Assembly (NCBI GenBank): GCA_013239625.1
Contig: MU054001.1
Coordinates: 6,993,078 to 7,057,077, forward strand
From: Lama guanicoe
Lineage: Eukaryota
Direction of reading: 5' to 3'
Length of the DNA stretch: 64,000 nucleotides
How positions within the stretch are numbered: the stretch's first letter is position 1; the number at the start of each line of letters is the position of its first letter. The notes beneath the pieces are model-generated. The model was not told where the DNA came from and made no database searches. It saw only the letters and a program-made list of their open reading frames with translations. The position numbers were made by a program, and so were the translations under genes. This document shows positions 1 to 29,844 of the stretch, in pieces.

Positions 1-604
1 TGGAGAGACTGACGAACAAGTAAGTTTCTAGAATGGGTGGAGATAATTGCTGGCTCTAAGAGGGATATAATAGTGGTAACACTTATGTGAGGTGCTAATT
101 CCTAAGTGCTAAGCATTTTTCAAGTTTTATCTGTCACTTCATTTATTACTCATAGCAGTGATAGAACTACTCTTATTAGCCGTTTTTGATACAAGAAGAA
201 ACGAAAGCACATTGTTTAAATGGTGAATAGTTTTATAAGTGATAATTTCATGGTGACCTTTGTTTTCTCTGCATCTTTTAACTGTGTAGACTTGGGAGAG
301 CTGTTTAGCTTGGATCTCTAGTTAAAGTGGACCTAGTCACAATTGTAAATTAATCTTGAGTCTATAATGTTTCCATTTTTCCCTAATGTATGTAGCTGCT
401 ACATGGGGAGTCATTTGTAAATGGAGGACCACTTCCATGAGTGAAGAATCATTGGTTACCTGGCTTGTGTTTAATGAGAGCACGTTCATGTTATAATGCT
501 CTACATGACGTTTCCCAGGAAGGGCATCTCGATGCTTCTTTAGAATAGCCATGTGTGTAATAACTGCATTGTCTTATAAGTAATGTGTAAAAATGCATTT
601 CTTT

Positions 605-1140
605 CTTTCTTTTTTTTTAATTTAAGTATAGTCAATTTACAGTGTTGTGTCAGTTTCTGGTGTACAGCGCAATACTTCAGTCATATAGGAACATACATAT
701 ATTAGTTTTCATGTTCTTTTTCATTATAGGTTACTACAGGATATTGAATATAGTTCTCTGTGCTATGCAGAAGAAACTTGCTTATCTATTTTATATATAG
801 TAGTTAGTATCTGCAAATCTTGAACTCCCAATTATTCCTTCCCACTCCCTTCTCATCCTGGTAACCATAAGCTTGTTTTCTATGTCTGTGAGTCTCTTTC
901 TGTTTTGTAAGTAAGTTCATTTTGTCTTTTTTTTGAGATTCCACATATGAGTAATATGTGGTATTTTTCTTTTTCTTTCTGGCTTACTTCACTTAGAATG
1001 ACAGTCTCCAGGTCCATCCATGTTGCTGCAAATGGCTTTATTTTATTCTTTTTTATGACTGAGTAGTATTCCATTGTACAAATATACCATGATTTCTTTA
1101 TCCAGTCATCTGTCAATGGACATTTAGGTTGTTTCCATGT
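605..1140 (-). mobile_element. 5'-truncated L1 3' end (cetartiodactyl-type)
   Basis: Minus ORF DDWIKKSWYICTMEYYSVIKKNKIKPFAATWMDLE is the L1 ORF2 C-terminus; poly-T at the left end. Confidence 0.9.
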
Positions 1141-1418
1141 AAAAATACATTTCTTTATTATAGCCTTATCTCTTCATTTGTAGCCTACTAATAAGTCTGT
1201 AATTTTCTTCAATTTGTATTTATATGTTTCTATTAATTTTAAACACAGTTGATACAAAATAGAAAACTTTTGCTAAAATTTTTATTTATTTGTTTGCAGA
1301 GTACTGAATCTAGTCAATTCTATACAAATATTTTTGTAATTGTTTGTATTCTCTTTATAAACAGTGTTTTTTGTTTTTGTCATTTTTTTGTTTTTGTTTT
1401 TTTGCTATATAATTATTA

Positions 1419-1885
1419 TGCACAATAGCCAAAAGGTGGAAGCAACCCAGATGTCCATCAACAGGTGACTGGATAAACAAAATGGTTCATATACACAATG
1501 AAATTTTATTTAGCCTTAAAAAGGAAGAAAATTTTGACATAATGCTACAACATGGATAAGCCTCGAAGATAATAGGCCGAGTGAACTAAGCCAGATACAA
1601 AAGGACAGATATTGTATGATTCCATTTATATGAGTTCCTAGAGAAGTAAAACTCTAGGGAAAGAAGGTAAAATGGTGGTTGGACGGAGTGGGGTTGGGGG
1701 GATAGGGAGTTACTGTTTAACAGGCACAGAGTTCCCTTTTGGACAGGTGAGAAAGTTCTGGAGATGGATGGTGGTGATGACTGTAAACAATGTGAATGTA
1801 CTTAACATATTGAACTGTACACTTTAAAATGGATGGAGTGGCAACTATTATGTTATATATATTTTACCACAATAAAAATTATAAA
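1419..1885 (+). mobile_element. Old L1 (L1MB-like) 3' end
   Basis: cacaatagccaaaaggtggaagcaacc...gaactgtacactttaaaatgg...accacaataaaaa. Confidence 0.85.
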
Positions 1886-2504
1886 AATTTCTTGATGTAT
1901 CTTTATTTATCTCTAAGTTGGCCATCTGAACTTAATAGAAATCCATTGATTCTAATAATTGTTAAATCTATTGCATCTAGAGGTAAAGAGCAAAAAAAAA
2001 AATCAAACTATAACTTGGTCTCCCAGAAGTTCTTAGAGGGCTGACCCATGATGAATAGTGAATTTCATTAAGTCAGAACTTTAAATGCTCGTATTCTCCT
2101 TGCTTCTGAGACTAGCATTTTATACTAAGAGTTCTGTTGTATAAATTAATGTTCCCTTTAGACACATAACTTTTTCTTTGAAATTTATTTATGCTTATGA
2201 AGAAGTGTGGTCACAGGGAAACAGTTTACTAGAGTTTGCCACAGAAATAAATAAAGAGATGCTTGGCCTTGCTTACTATTCAATTGATTTTTTTCCCCAA
2301 AAAATTATACCAAGAAAGTATTCAATTTTTATAAACGATGCTAGGTCAGAAGTGGGTTTCTGTGGTTTTCGTTAATCTCGAAATTAAGTGTTGTTTTGAT
2401 TGTCTTCGATAATGGAGCAGACCAGATTTAACTTTCATGTTTATACGTATGTCCTTGCCTTCTAGTATTCTACATTGTGTAAGAGGCATTCTGTCTTTAG
2501 TCTT

Positions 2505-2729
2505 TTATTATTAAGGTGGAATGCACATAACTTACCAAGTTAACCATTTTAAAGTGAACAGTTCAGTGGCATGTTGTACATTCACATACATTCATGTGAC
2601 CACTCCTCAATTTAGTTTGAAGACATTTTTATCACCCCTAAAGGAACCCTGTACTCATTAAGCAGTTATTCATCCACTCTCCCTCCAGTCTGCTTTGTGT
2701 TTCTGTGGATGATTTACCTATTCCAGACA
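2505..2729 (-). mobile_element. Old L1 3' fragment, left part; continues at 5022-5200 after the Tigger1 insertion
   Basis: accattttaaagtgaacagttcagtggcat...tacctattccaga resumes as tttcttatcaatggaattatacag after 5021. Confidence 0.8.
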
Positions 2730-5021
2730 CAAGCATACTTCGTTTTATTGTACTTCGCTTTATTGCCTTTTTTTTTTTTTAACAAATCGAAGGTTTGTGG
2801 CAACCCTGAATCCAGCAAGACTGTTGGCGCCATTTTTATAACAGCATTTGCTTACTTTATGTCTTTGTGTCACATTTTGGTAATTCTTGCAATATTTCAG
2901 ACTTTTTCATTATTATTTTGTTGATCAGTGATCTTTGATACTACTGTTGTAATTGTTTGCGGGAGCCACAAACTGTGCCTGTTAAAGTCAGTGAACTTAA
3001 TTGATAAATGTGTGTATTCTGACTGCTCCACTGGCCAGCTGTTTCTGTTCCTCTCTCCTTGAGCCTCCCTGTTCTCTGAGACACAACAATGTTGAAATTA
3101 CGCCAATGAATAGCCCTGCAGTGGCCTCTGAGTGCTCAGGTGGAAGGAAGAGTCACATGTTCTCACTTAAAATCAAAAACTAGAAATGATTAAGCCCAGT
3201 GAGGAAGGCATGTCAAGTCGAGGTCAGTCTAAAACTCGACCTCTTGCATCAGTCAAATTGTGAATGCAAAGGAAGAGTTCTTGAAGGAATTTAAAAGTGT
3301 TACTTCAGGGAACACATGAATGGTAAGAAGGTGAAACAGCCTTGTGGCTGATACGGAGAAAGTTTGAGTGGTCTGTATAGAAGATCAAATCAGCTGCAAC
3401 ATTTCCTTAAGCCAAAGCCTAATCCAGAGCAAGGCCCTAACTCTCTTCAGTTCTGTGAAGGCTGAGAGAGGTAAGAAAAGTGTGAAGCTGGCAGAAGTTG
3501 GTTCATGAGGTTTAAGGAAAGAAACTGTCTCCATAACATCACAGTGCAAGATGGAGCAGCAAGTGCTAATGTGGGAGCTATAAGTTACCCAGAAGGTCTA
3601 GATAAGATAGTCAATGAAGGTGGTTACACTAAACAGCAAGTTTTCAATGTAGACAAAACAGCCTTATATTGGAAGAAGATGCCATCTTGGACTTTCATAG
3701 CTGGAGAGGAGAAGTCAGTGCCTGTCTTCAGAGCTTCAAAGGACAGGCTGGTTCTCTTGTCAGGGTTTAATGCAGCTGATGACTAAGTTGAAGCCAGTAC
3801 TTGTCTACCATTCTGAAAACCCTAGGACTCTGAAGAATTATGCCAAATCTACTTTGCCTGTGCTCTGTAAATGGAAAAACAAATCCTGAGTGACAACAAA
3901 TCTGTTTTTGACATTGTTTACTGAATGTTTTAAGCTCACTGTTGAGATCTATTGCTCAGAAAAAAATATTCCTTTCAAAATATTACTGCTCATGACAATG
4001 CATCTGGTCACTCAAGAGCACTTATGGAGATGCACAGTGAGATTGTTTTCACGCCAGCTAACAGCATCCATTCTGTAGCCCACCAATCAAGGAGTATTTT
4101 GAACTTCAGGTCTTATTTAAGAAATGCAACTGCCATAGATAGTGGCTCCTCTGATGGATCTGGGTAAAGTAAATTGAAACCTTCTGGGAAGGATTCACCA
4201 CTCTAGACGCTGTTAAGAACATTTGTGGTTCGTGGGAAGGGCCCAAAATATCAGCATGCACAGGAGTTTGGAAGAAGTTGACTGCAGCCCTCATGGATGA
4301 CTTTGAGGGGTTCAAGACTTCAGGGGAGGAAGTAACTGCACATGTGGTAGAGATAGCAGGAGAACTAGAATTAGAACTAGAGCCTGAAGATGTGACAGAA
4401 CTGCTGCAATCACATGCTCATACTTTACCAGATGAGGAGTTGCTTCTTATAGATGAGCAAAGAAAGTGGTTTCTTGAGATGGAATCTACTCCTGGTGAAG
4501 ATGCTGAGAAAACTCTTGAAATGACAACAAAGGATTTAGAATATTATATAAAAGTTGATAAAGCAGAGCAGGGTTTGAGAGGGCTGACTCCAATTTTGAA
4601 AGAAGTTTTACTGTGGGTAAAATGGTATCAAATAAGCATCACCTGCTATAAAGAAATCGTTCATGAAAGGAAGAGTCACTCCATGTGGCTGACTTCATTG
4701 TTGTCTTATTTTAAGAAATTGCCACAGCCTCCCCAACCTTCAGCAACCACTATCCTCGACCAGAAAAAAGATAACATACTACTCACCAAAAGCTCAGATG
4801 ATAGTAGTTTTTAGCAATAAATTATATTTATATTAAATTGTGTACATTGTTTATTTAGACATAATGCTTTTGCATACCTAATAGACTACATACAGTACAG
4901 TATAAATAAAACTTTTGTACATGCTGGGAAACCAAAAAATTTGTGTTACTCACTTAATTGCAATATTTGCTCTGTTGAGATGACCTGGAACCAAACCTAC
5001 AGTGTCTCTGAGGTATGCCTG
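2730..5021 (+). mobile_element. Near full-length Tigger1 (TcMar-Tigger) DNA transposon with decayed transposase
   Basis: TIRs CAAGCATACTTCG...TGAGGTATGCCTG followed by TA; transposase remnants [31 protein letters not shown] with stops and frameshifts. Confidence 0.95.
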
Positions 5022-6120
5022 TATTTCTTATCAATGGAATTATACAGTGTGTGGTCTTTTGTGTCTGGTTTCTTTCACGCAGCATAATGTTTTCTAAGTT
5101 AGTTCAGGTAGCATGTATTGACACTTCACTTTTTATGATTGAATAATATTCCATTATATGTATGTACCACAATTTGTTTATCCATTCATCTATTGATTCT
5201 ATAGCCATTTTTTAAAGTAAATGCATAATCAAAAACCAGCCTGTTCATTCATACCATGAACCTTTATGAAGCACCCATTATATATCAGGCAATGTGTGGG
5301 GCTCCAAAGATATGAAATTGGCCATCATTTATGATTAATAATGTAATACTTGCTGTAGTAGAGGTATAAACACAGTGTTTATACAACATAAAGGATGGAG
5401 TGGTTAAATCTGCTTGACAGGTAGAGCTAATTCCTTTTGCAAGCAGAGTTTTCTAATGGCAAAGAGAAGACTACCTAGATATGTTTTATCCATGGTAACT
5501 GTAGATCTCTACACTTGAAGTGGTAAGCTAGGCCCCGGAGGAGACTGAGTGCTCTTGATGGTGTTCTGCTACAAGTCAGTAACAGTAGTTTCAGCTATTT
5601 TATTTCTAGCCTGTTTAGTCCCTTGTTATATATTGCCTAAGGGGGTTGGTGTTCTGATAAATTAGTTCTTGGTATGTCTAAGAATAAACTAAAATGCAAA
5701 CGAGAAGGTTAGAGAAAATGGGGATTTTAGAGGTTTGGGTTAGACTATACCTGTCACAGTAGACTGGTTATGTTCTGGTTGCATCCAGAGGGTATTAGCA
5801 GAACATAGGCAGCCGTAAACTACCACCTTGTATTTCTTTGAGGCCAACCTGCGACAAGAACATTGAGTCAGTTTCTAAGAGAAAAGACATTCCCTGTACA
5901 TGTTTCTTTTCTCCTTCAGCAGTCTTATGCTATAACTTCAGTGGCTGGGCACAGCTCTGTTCAGTTGTTAAAAATTGAGAAATGAGTTGGAAATGTAGAA
6001 CTAGAATAAGCCTTATATGAAAAGCTTGGAAATATTGCTGGAACTATAGAAATAACAGATTTGCTAGAAGAGAATGTAAATGAGACATTAACGGGAGTTG
6101 TTCCACCCCCCACCCCCCAG

Positions 6121-22893
<16,773 letters not shown>

Positions 22894-23063
22894 AAAGGAA
22901 ACAGGCTCACCATAGTCCTTTCCATGTACATCCAGTAAGGGTTTTATTATACTAGATTTCCCTTCCATAGATTGTGCCTTTCAGAAATGCTGAGGTAGGT
23001 TTCCCGTTTCTTATCTGTGGTGTGTTTTACCCAGCACCTCCGGACACTCACCTTCAAGACCTT

Positions 23064-23069
23064 AATAAA
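23064..23069 (+). terminator. Proximal polyadenylation signal candidate, VPS35 3' UTR
   Basis: AATAAA about 170 nt after the stop codon, followed by GU-containing sequence. Confidence 0.55.
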
Positions 23070-23654
23070 GTTACTCACTTCATAAGTGTTCAGGTCTGTC
23101 TGATCACCCGAAGTAGCATGATTGATCTGCTATTTAAAATTCCTGTGATCTGTTTAAAAAACAAACAAAAAAAGCCAAAAAAACCCAGTTATCTCTGTTA
23201 CTAATGAAGCTCTCCTTCCTTTCTTTCCTGTTTTGTTTCGTTGTTGAGTGTGTAATTTCCTTCATTACTTGGGAGTACTAACCCGGAAGTGTCTGTCTCT
23301 TTGTTCTGAGATTAATTTGGAGGAAAGGAATACTGTATGTGAAATTCAGCTTCTCCTGAAATGCAAGATAAGGCCATGTGTAATATTTTCCCTAAAATTA
23401 GAGTATATTAATGCATGTTTGAGAATTTTAAAGCACCATGGTCAAAATCAGAAGCTATATTTTGCATATTTGGACTCAGCCATCCATTGAGAACTTATGT
23501 TATCCTCTGGACATATTTATCAAAGTAATTTTCTTCTAAATAGTATAAAATAGAAAATTTGTGATTTATATAATTTATGTATAACCTTCATTGTTGTAAA
23601 TTTAGGGGGAAATGCATCATACACAATTATGATTTTTTTTTTCACCAGTGAAAC

Positions 23655-23660
23655 AATAAA
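23655..23660 (+). terminator. Distal polyadenylation signal candidate, VPS35 3' UTR
   Basis: AATAAA about 760 nt after the stop, preceded by U-rich tracts. Confidence 0.6.
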
Positions 23661-23887
23661 GTTGCTATTAACAACTTCGGACCTTTTTCCTTCCATACTA
23701 TCTTGATTCCTAAAGGAACTAGTAGAATGTGTATGGAGTTTAATAGACAGTCTCATGTTCACAGTAGTCACTTGTTCAACTGTCACTAGTTGTTTTAAAT
23801 GCTTGTTGAGAAGGTACAGTTCCCCCTTTCAGTCCTGTATACTCACGTGCTTTCCTAGGCCTGATACCCCACGTAGTCTCACCCACC

Positions 23888-24260
23888 TATATTATTTATC
23901 TATTATGTAACAAATTACCTCCAAACTCAGTGTCTTAAAACATTTACCTCACAGTTCTCTGGATCAGCAATTTGGGAGCAGCTTAGCTCTGGTTCAGGTC
24001 ATCTCTTGAGCCTGCAATCAAGATTTTGGCTGGGGTTGCAGTCATCTGAAGGTTTGTTTGGGGCTGGCTTCCAAGCTCATTCACATGGCTGTTACCTGGA
24101 GGCCTCCACTCCTCTCCTTGTGGGCCTTTCCAGGGCAGCTTGAGTGTCCTTACGACATAGCATCTGGCTTCCTTAGAGTGAGTGACCTGAGGGAGACCAA
24201 GGAGGAAGCTAATGCCTTTATTCAGAACTGACCTTGGATGGAAGCACTAAGCCTAGCGCA
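23888..24260 (-). mobile_element. MLT1-type MaLR LTR fragment
   Basis: tgtaacaaattacctccaaactcagtgtcttaaaaca...gcagtcatctgaagg. Confidence 0.75.
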
Positions 24261-25657
24261 GGCCTGGTGCTGAATGGCGTTAAATTCTAGTTCTCAGGGA
24301 CTCGTACAGGAAGGTGATAGAAGTGGGTGACCCATTTTCACTCTGAAGTGCTTTCTGTGTTAGGACATTCCTGCCCTCCTTTTCCTGTCTCCACTTAGGA
24401 AATGAGCAATTCTTGTGGTCCCGGTGATTGTTTCTTTGCCTAGGAACACATGATTCTGGCTGTTTCTCTAGCCGTGAGGTTGGGAGCCGTCAGGTTAATG
24501 AACCACCTGTTCCTAAGGGGCCCTGACTAGGTTGCAGGCTGATATAACTATCAGTGTAGCTAAAGGAGGTGTCTGACTTGATCTGACATTGTAAAGTGTT
24601 TTAAAGGACAATGGTGAGGGATCAAAGTACAGCTCGTGTGCCACTCCTGGAGCCACTGAGAGATGCACAGACCATGGGGAATGAATGGACCATCATCGTC
24701 ACTGAGAGGGGATTTATACTATGTCTAGATCTCAGAGGGCTCTTCTACTACATTTGCTCTCTCTCTCTTTCTCATTGGGAATCCAAGAAACGAAGTTCAA
24801 GTAGGATGCATTTGAAAGGATTCCTCCAAAAATGTCTCTGATGATGGGACCACATACTATAAATGAAAGGTGCTAGGTGGCAAGATCTGAGGAGGCCTTC
24901 CTGTTTGCCAGGGTGGGTCCTGTGGGGAGGCCCTGGGGACGGACAGCAGGCACTGATTCAACTTACCAGTATCTACTCATCTGCTGCACACTTGAGTGAC
25001 CTGCCCTAGCTTTGATTAAAGACATACGTTTCCTGGCTTGTAATTCAAAATAAGTGATTTGTAAGTGGCCTGGGATAGACCTCTTACTCCTGTTCCCTCT
25101 CCCACATCACCCTGCAGGGTACTAACAAAACTGGGTCCAAGCCTCCAAGACCTCGAGGTGGATTGTATAGTTTACCACTCCCTGCAGCATTTAGCCTTAC
25201 GTCAGAAGTGTCTTCTGATGTAGTAAAATCTTAGGCTGTGACTTAAATCCATTTTCCTTCAGCAGAGAGAGCTAAAAGCAGAAACAGGGTGACTAGCTCC
25301 TGGCCATCAAGTATATAATCTCTTGAGTTAGAAAGGAGCACATTTGTCTGGCGTGTTTTTATAAATGTAATGTGAAATGTGTTTCCCATGTTTTGTAAAC
25401 AAGTTCTATTTTTTCAAGACTTACTGTCTTTAATTATATACACAAAAGCAGTGGAATACTTGCAATTGGAAAACTCAAAAAGGTTGAGCCTTATCAAGAA
25501 ATAAAACGGATTGATAGGATAGTGTACGCAAATTTGGTAAAATTACATAAACTTGAGTCACAATGATTTTAAGCCTTACATTGGATACCTCCACAGGAAA
25601 TGGGGGTCACAAAACCATTTTTGTCAATTGTTTTTATCTTCCTACACATCTTCTGGA

Positions 25658-25820
25658 CCAGTGATTTTCAAGCTTTATTAAACATACAAATCACATGGAT
25701 GTCTTGTTAAAATTCTGGAATTCACCAAGTCTGGGGTGGGGCCTGAGAGTCTCCATTTCTAGTAAGCCCCCAGATAAACCTCCTATTGCTGGTCGAGGGA
25801 CCACACTTTAACAAAGCCCT
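25658..25820. mobile_element. MER5-like hAT-Charlie element
   Basis: cagtgattttcaag...gtctggggtggggcctgagagtctccatttctagtaagc...accacacttt. Confidence 0.75.
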
Positions 25821-26021
25821 AGATGACAGTTCCATAGACAGCATTTTAACAATACTTGCAGTAACTTGTTTCACTTGTTTCTTAGATGGTTCTCAAGTTT
25901 CCTTGTGGCAAAGGAGAAGGGGGTGACAGTGGCCTAGGGAAATGTTTGTGACTGTCTTCCTTTGTGGGGTATAATGGGCTTAGGCAACCTAGTACAGGAG
26001 GCATTTCTGTCACGTACATAC

Positions 26022-27089
26022 TGAGACTGAGCAGAACCCTGTGGGACTCCCCAAGTACAGAGGCCCCTCCCTGTCCCCTGCCTTCTGTTTGTAGGAAGGC
26101 TGAAGTCTCTCAGGCCTCCCTGAGTCACGAAAGAGCAGGCTCAAGCAGTTAATGATTAGGACAATAGAGTCACAGAATCTCTCAGTGTCTGATGCACATT
26201 CCTGAGCTTTTTTACAGACACTAAAATTGTCACCAGAGGGAAAAACTTCATAGTGACCAGACTGCAGCCATGACGTAAGCTGCTCCATCTTGAGCAGGCA
26301 GGACTGAATCTATGGCCAGCACAATTCCCAGGACTGGCTTTAAGAGAACGGGATTAATACTCTTGCTAATAATCTGTATCTTTGTGGGCTTGAAAATAAT
26401 TGTAGCTTGCTCTACCCGTGTGTGTAAGTGGACAACTAAAATTGTCAGCAAAGAGATGCTGCAGACCTGTGTCACCATCTTCTACTCTAAGAATACAGCA
26501 CCTTATATCAGCGTGAAGAACTTACCGAAGATGGACCTTTACCCATAATCCCAAAGCAATGGCTTGATGTCTGACAGTAGGGATTTGTAAGCAGCTTTTT
26601 GTAAGAAAGAGCTCTTTACAGAAAAGAGCTCTCTACAGGAGGCCCTTTTTGTCTTGTCACTTTAGCAAAACTATGTTTTAACTAACCTATGGCCCAAGCA
26701 CACATTTCATATCTTTTGATAACATAATACTTTGTCTAACCTATTGGTTCTTCCCTTAAATAAATAAAAAAAAGACAGAAAGAAAGAAGTGAAGACATAA
26801 TTAATGAATCTTTTCCCCAGCTTCCCGTTCAGTAATCTCATGAACAAGCATGTGAATGAGACAGCATCTAAAGAAAGATCTCAAGCTGCTGACAAGCCTG
26901 CTGGCAGTGGGAGATGGGCTATGAATCTGATCCTCTATCTCAGTGATTAAACAGATCACTTCCCATTTTCCCTTTAAAAACTGTCATGGCCAAGTAGGAT
27001 CTTCGAAGTCAGTTCTGGGACACAAGTTTGCCCTCTCCCCAGGTAGCCAGCTTCCTAATTAAAGCAACCTTTTCATTCCTACCAGCATT
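26022..27089 (+). mobile_element. Long ERV1-type LTR-like element, 3' end cut by an L1
   Basis: Starts TGAGACTGAGCAGAACCCTGTGGG, similar to the 5' end of the 35270-35742 LTR; tttaaaa TATA-like site and ATTAAA near 27058; abuts L1 at 27090. Confidence 0.7.
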
Positions 27090-27690
27090 TGGGACCTAAT
27101 TAAACTTAAAAGCTCTTGCACAGCAAAGAAAATCATAAGCAAAACAAAATGACAACCTATGGAATGGGAGAAAATATTTGCAAATGATGAGACTGACAAG
27201 GGCTTGATTTCCAGAATATATAAACAGCTCATATAACTTAGTATCAAAAAAAAAAAAACCCAATCCAAAAATAAGCAAAAGACCTAAACAAACAATTCTC
27301 CAAAGAAGAAATACAAATGGCCAACAGGCACATGAAAAAATTCTCAATGTCGCTAATTATCAGAGAAATGCAAATCGAAACTACAATGAGGTATCACCTC
27401 ACACCAGTCAGAATGGCCATCATTCAAAAGTCCATGAATGATAAATGCTGGAGAGGGTGTGGAGAAAAGGGAACCCTCCTACTCTGTTGGTGGGAATGTA
27501 GTTTGGAGTAGCCACTGTGGAAAACAGTATGGAGATTCCTTTAAAAGCTAAAAATAAAGTTACTATATGATACAGGATTCCACTCCTGGGCATGTATCTG
27601 GAGGAAACTCTAATTCAAAAAGGTACAATAGCCAAGACATGGAAACACCCTAAATGTCCATCGGCAGATGACTGCATAAAGAAGTTGTGC
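27090..27690 (+). mobile_element. L1 ORF2 3' fragment
   Basis: [34 protein letters not shown]...CWRGCGEKG. Confidence 0.92.
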
Positions 27691-27694
27691 TTCC

Positions 27695-28095
27695 TAGGAA
27701 GCATAATTAACTGAGAACCTTAGCTGCTGTGCTCTGACATCCATCCTTGCATTGCTCTGAGGCCATGTCTTGCGTGGGCTGCTCCCAGCCAATGACTGTG
27801 CAATAGGCATACTAAGGCATTCCTGGGAGACATGGGACTCCTCTGGTGGCCAATTTTGGCTGAAGGACTCCCGACCACCTTGACAAAACTTAGTCTGCTC
27901 AGCAGTTAAGGATGCTCCTACCCATCCTTCCTTCCCTCTAGTCTTCATTTGGAGTCAGACTTGCATCATGTCTGATGGTTCTCCCAGCCTCTCTGAGTTC
28001 CCTCCCTGTTTTCTCTCATAAGGATTTTTCCCTAATAAAATCCTAGCATGTTTAATCTCCCCTTGGCATCTGCTTCTTGGAGAATCTGCTTTTGT
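27695..28095 (+). mobile_element. LTR16-like ERVL LTR
   Basis: gggctgctcccagccaatgactg...cctaataaaatcctagcatgtttaatctccccttggcatctgcttcttggag. Confidence 0.75.
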
Positions 28096-28263
28096 TTAGA
28101 GGCCCTTCATCTTCCACACCAGCTTACCAGTTCCCAGGACCTGCTCCTTCCTCTCACCTCCTTAGGCCTGGCTGTGATTCCAACTGTTGCTAGTCCCTGG
28201 GTGGTGTTTCCCTTAGCCCAGCTAGCAACTTTTCAAGAAGTCCTATTAAATTCTTTAAGTTAC

Positions 28264-28614
28264 TGCTATAGACTGAATGTTTATATCTCCCACAAATTCA
28301 CACGTTCTAATTCTCACTGAGATGGTATTGGAGGTGGGGCCTTTGGGAGGTGAGTAGTGAGCCCTCGTGGATGGGATTAGTGCCCTTACAAAAGACACCC
28401 CAGGGGGATGATCCCTTGTCTCTCCACCATTTGACGACACAGTGAAAAGGCAGCTTTCTGTGAATCAGCGAGCAGCCTCTCACAATATATGGAATCTGCC
28501 AGGACCTTGTTCTTGGACTTTCCAGGCTCTAGAATTGTAAGAAATAAGTTTCTGTTGTCTACAAACCACCCAATCTATGGTATTCAGTTATAGCAGCCCG
28601 AATGGACTAAGACA
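28264..28614 (+). mobile_element. MLT1A-type MaLR solo LTR
   Basis: TGCTATAGACTGAATGTTT...GGACTAAGACA with perfect 5-bp TSD GTTAC. Confidence 0.9.
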
Positions 28615-28719
28615 GTTACCCTTTTTTCCTGCCAGAACTCTCGCTGATACAGTCTTCCTGCCCAGAGAATAGCCTGTGCAACACCCTGATGTGAGGAAAG
28701 ACTTTGTATATGTGTGCAA

Positions 28720-29370
28720 CTGAGGATGGTCAGTGTGGCTAAAATACAGAGAGCAAAGAGGTCAGGGGGAGAGAAGTCCGAGATGATTTGGATCTATATC
28801 CAAAAAGCATTATAAAAAACCTTTGAAGAATTTTAAAGAGGGAATAACATCACACTTGCATATTGAGAAGATGATCTGATTGTATTGTAAAGAAAAGATT
28901 TGGGGTGAGCACAGACTGGATGGAGGGATAGTAGTTAGAAAGCCATTGCAATGGTCCAGGTGAGAGATGGTAGTGGCTTGGACCAGGAAAACGGCAGTGA
29001 CATTGGAGAGTAGGAGGTGGAGTTGGCAGTACTCAAAGGTGGTTTGGATACTGGGGTTCAGGAAGAGGAAGATGAAAAGAATGACTCCTAGACTTTGGTT
29101 TCTGCACTTGAATGGAAGGACATAGGTGCCATTTGTTGAGATACTGAACACTGGAAAAGGATCAGCTTTTTGAGGGCAGGGTGAGGAGGTCATGAGTTTG
29201 ATCTTGGACATGCTCAATTTGGGGTATGTCGAGACTGCCAAGTGGAGAGACAAGTAAGCAGCTGAACCCAGATCTATGCAGTCAACAGAGGAGGGGCCTG
29301 GGGAGGAGACAGACATGCAGTGTCATTTACAGTTGGTGTCATGCACAATGAGATTTCTTGGACAGAGAAG
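28720..29370 (-). mobile_element. L2 fragment
   Basis: gtccaggtgagagatggtagtggcttggaccagg...aagaatgactcctagactttgg. Confidence 0.8.
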
Positions 29371-29379
29371 AAAACAGAG

Positions 29380-29820
29380 GAAACAAGATTTTAGGACCTT
29401 CATGACCTCAGATTTGGCAATGGATTCTTACATATGACAGCAAAAACATGAGCAACAGAAGAAAAAGTAAATTGGACTTGATCAAAATTAAAAGCATTTG
29501 TGCATCAACAAAGTGAAAAGACAACAGATTCTCCCTACGGAATGGGAGAAATTGTTTGGAAATCATTTATCTGTTAAGGATTAAATATAAAGAGTATATA
29601 AAAACTCCTACAACTCAACAACAAAAGACAAACAACCCAATTTAAGAATGGGCAAAGAACCTGAACAGATACATAAATGGCCAATGAGCACATGCAAAGA
29701 TGCTCAGCATCCTTAGTCATTAGGGAAATACAAATTAAGCCACAATGAGATACCGCGTCACACCTACTAGGATGGCTATAATACAAAACATAGGAAATGA
29801 TGTTGGTGAGGGAGTGGAGG
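29380..29820 (+). mobile_element. Old L1 ORF2 fragment
   Basis: tttggcaatggattcttacatatgacag...gatgctcagcatccttagtcattagggaaat. Confidence 0.85.
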
Positions 29821-29844
29821 ACTTGAACTCAAGCACAAGCACTG

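Noticed and set aside
4278..4814. 178-aa ORF as a possible domesticated TIGD-like gene
   Set aside because: Fragment of a frameshifted Tigger1; the upstream transposase has multiple stops.
1..6120. VPS35 exon 1 and the ORC6 bidirectional promoter
   Set aside because: No CpG island or plausible first exon is visible; they must lie upstream of the window.
28810..29316. 168-aa minus-strand ORF
   Set aside because: Lies within a decayed L2 element; no independent gene signals.
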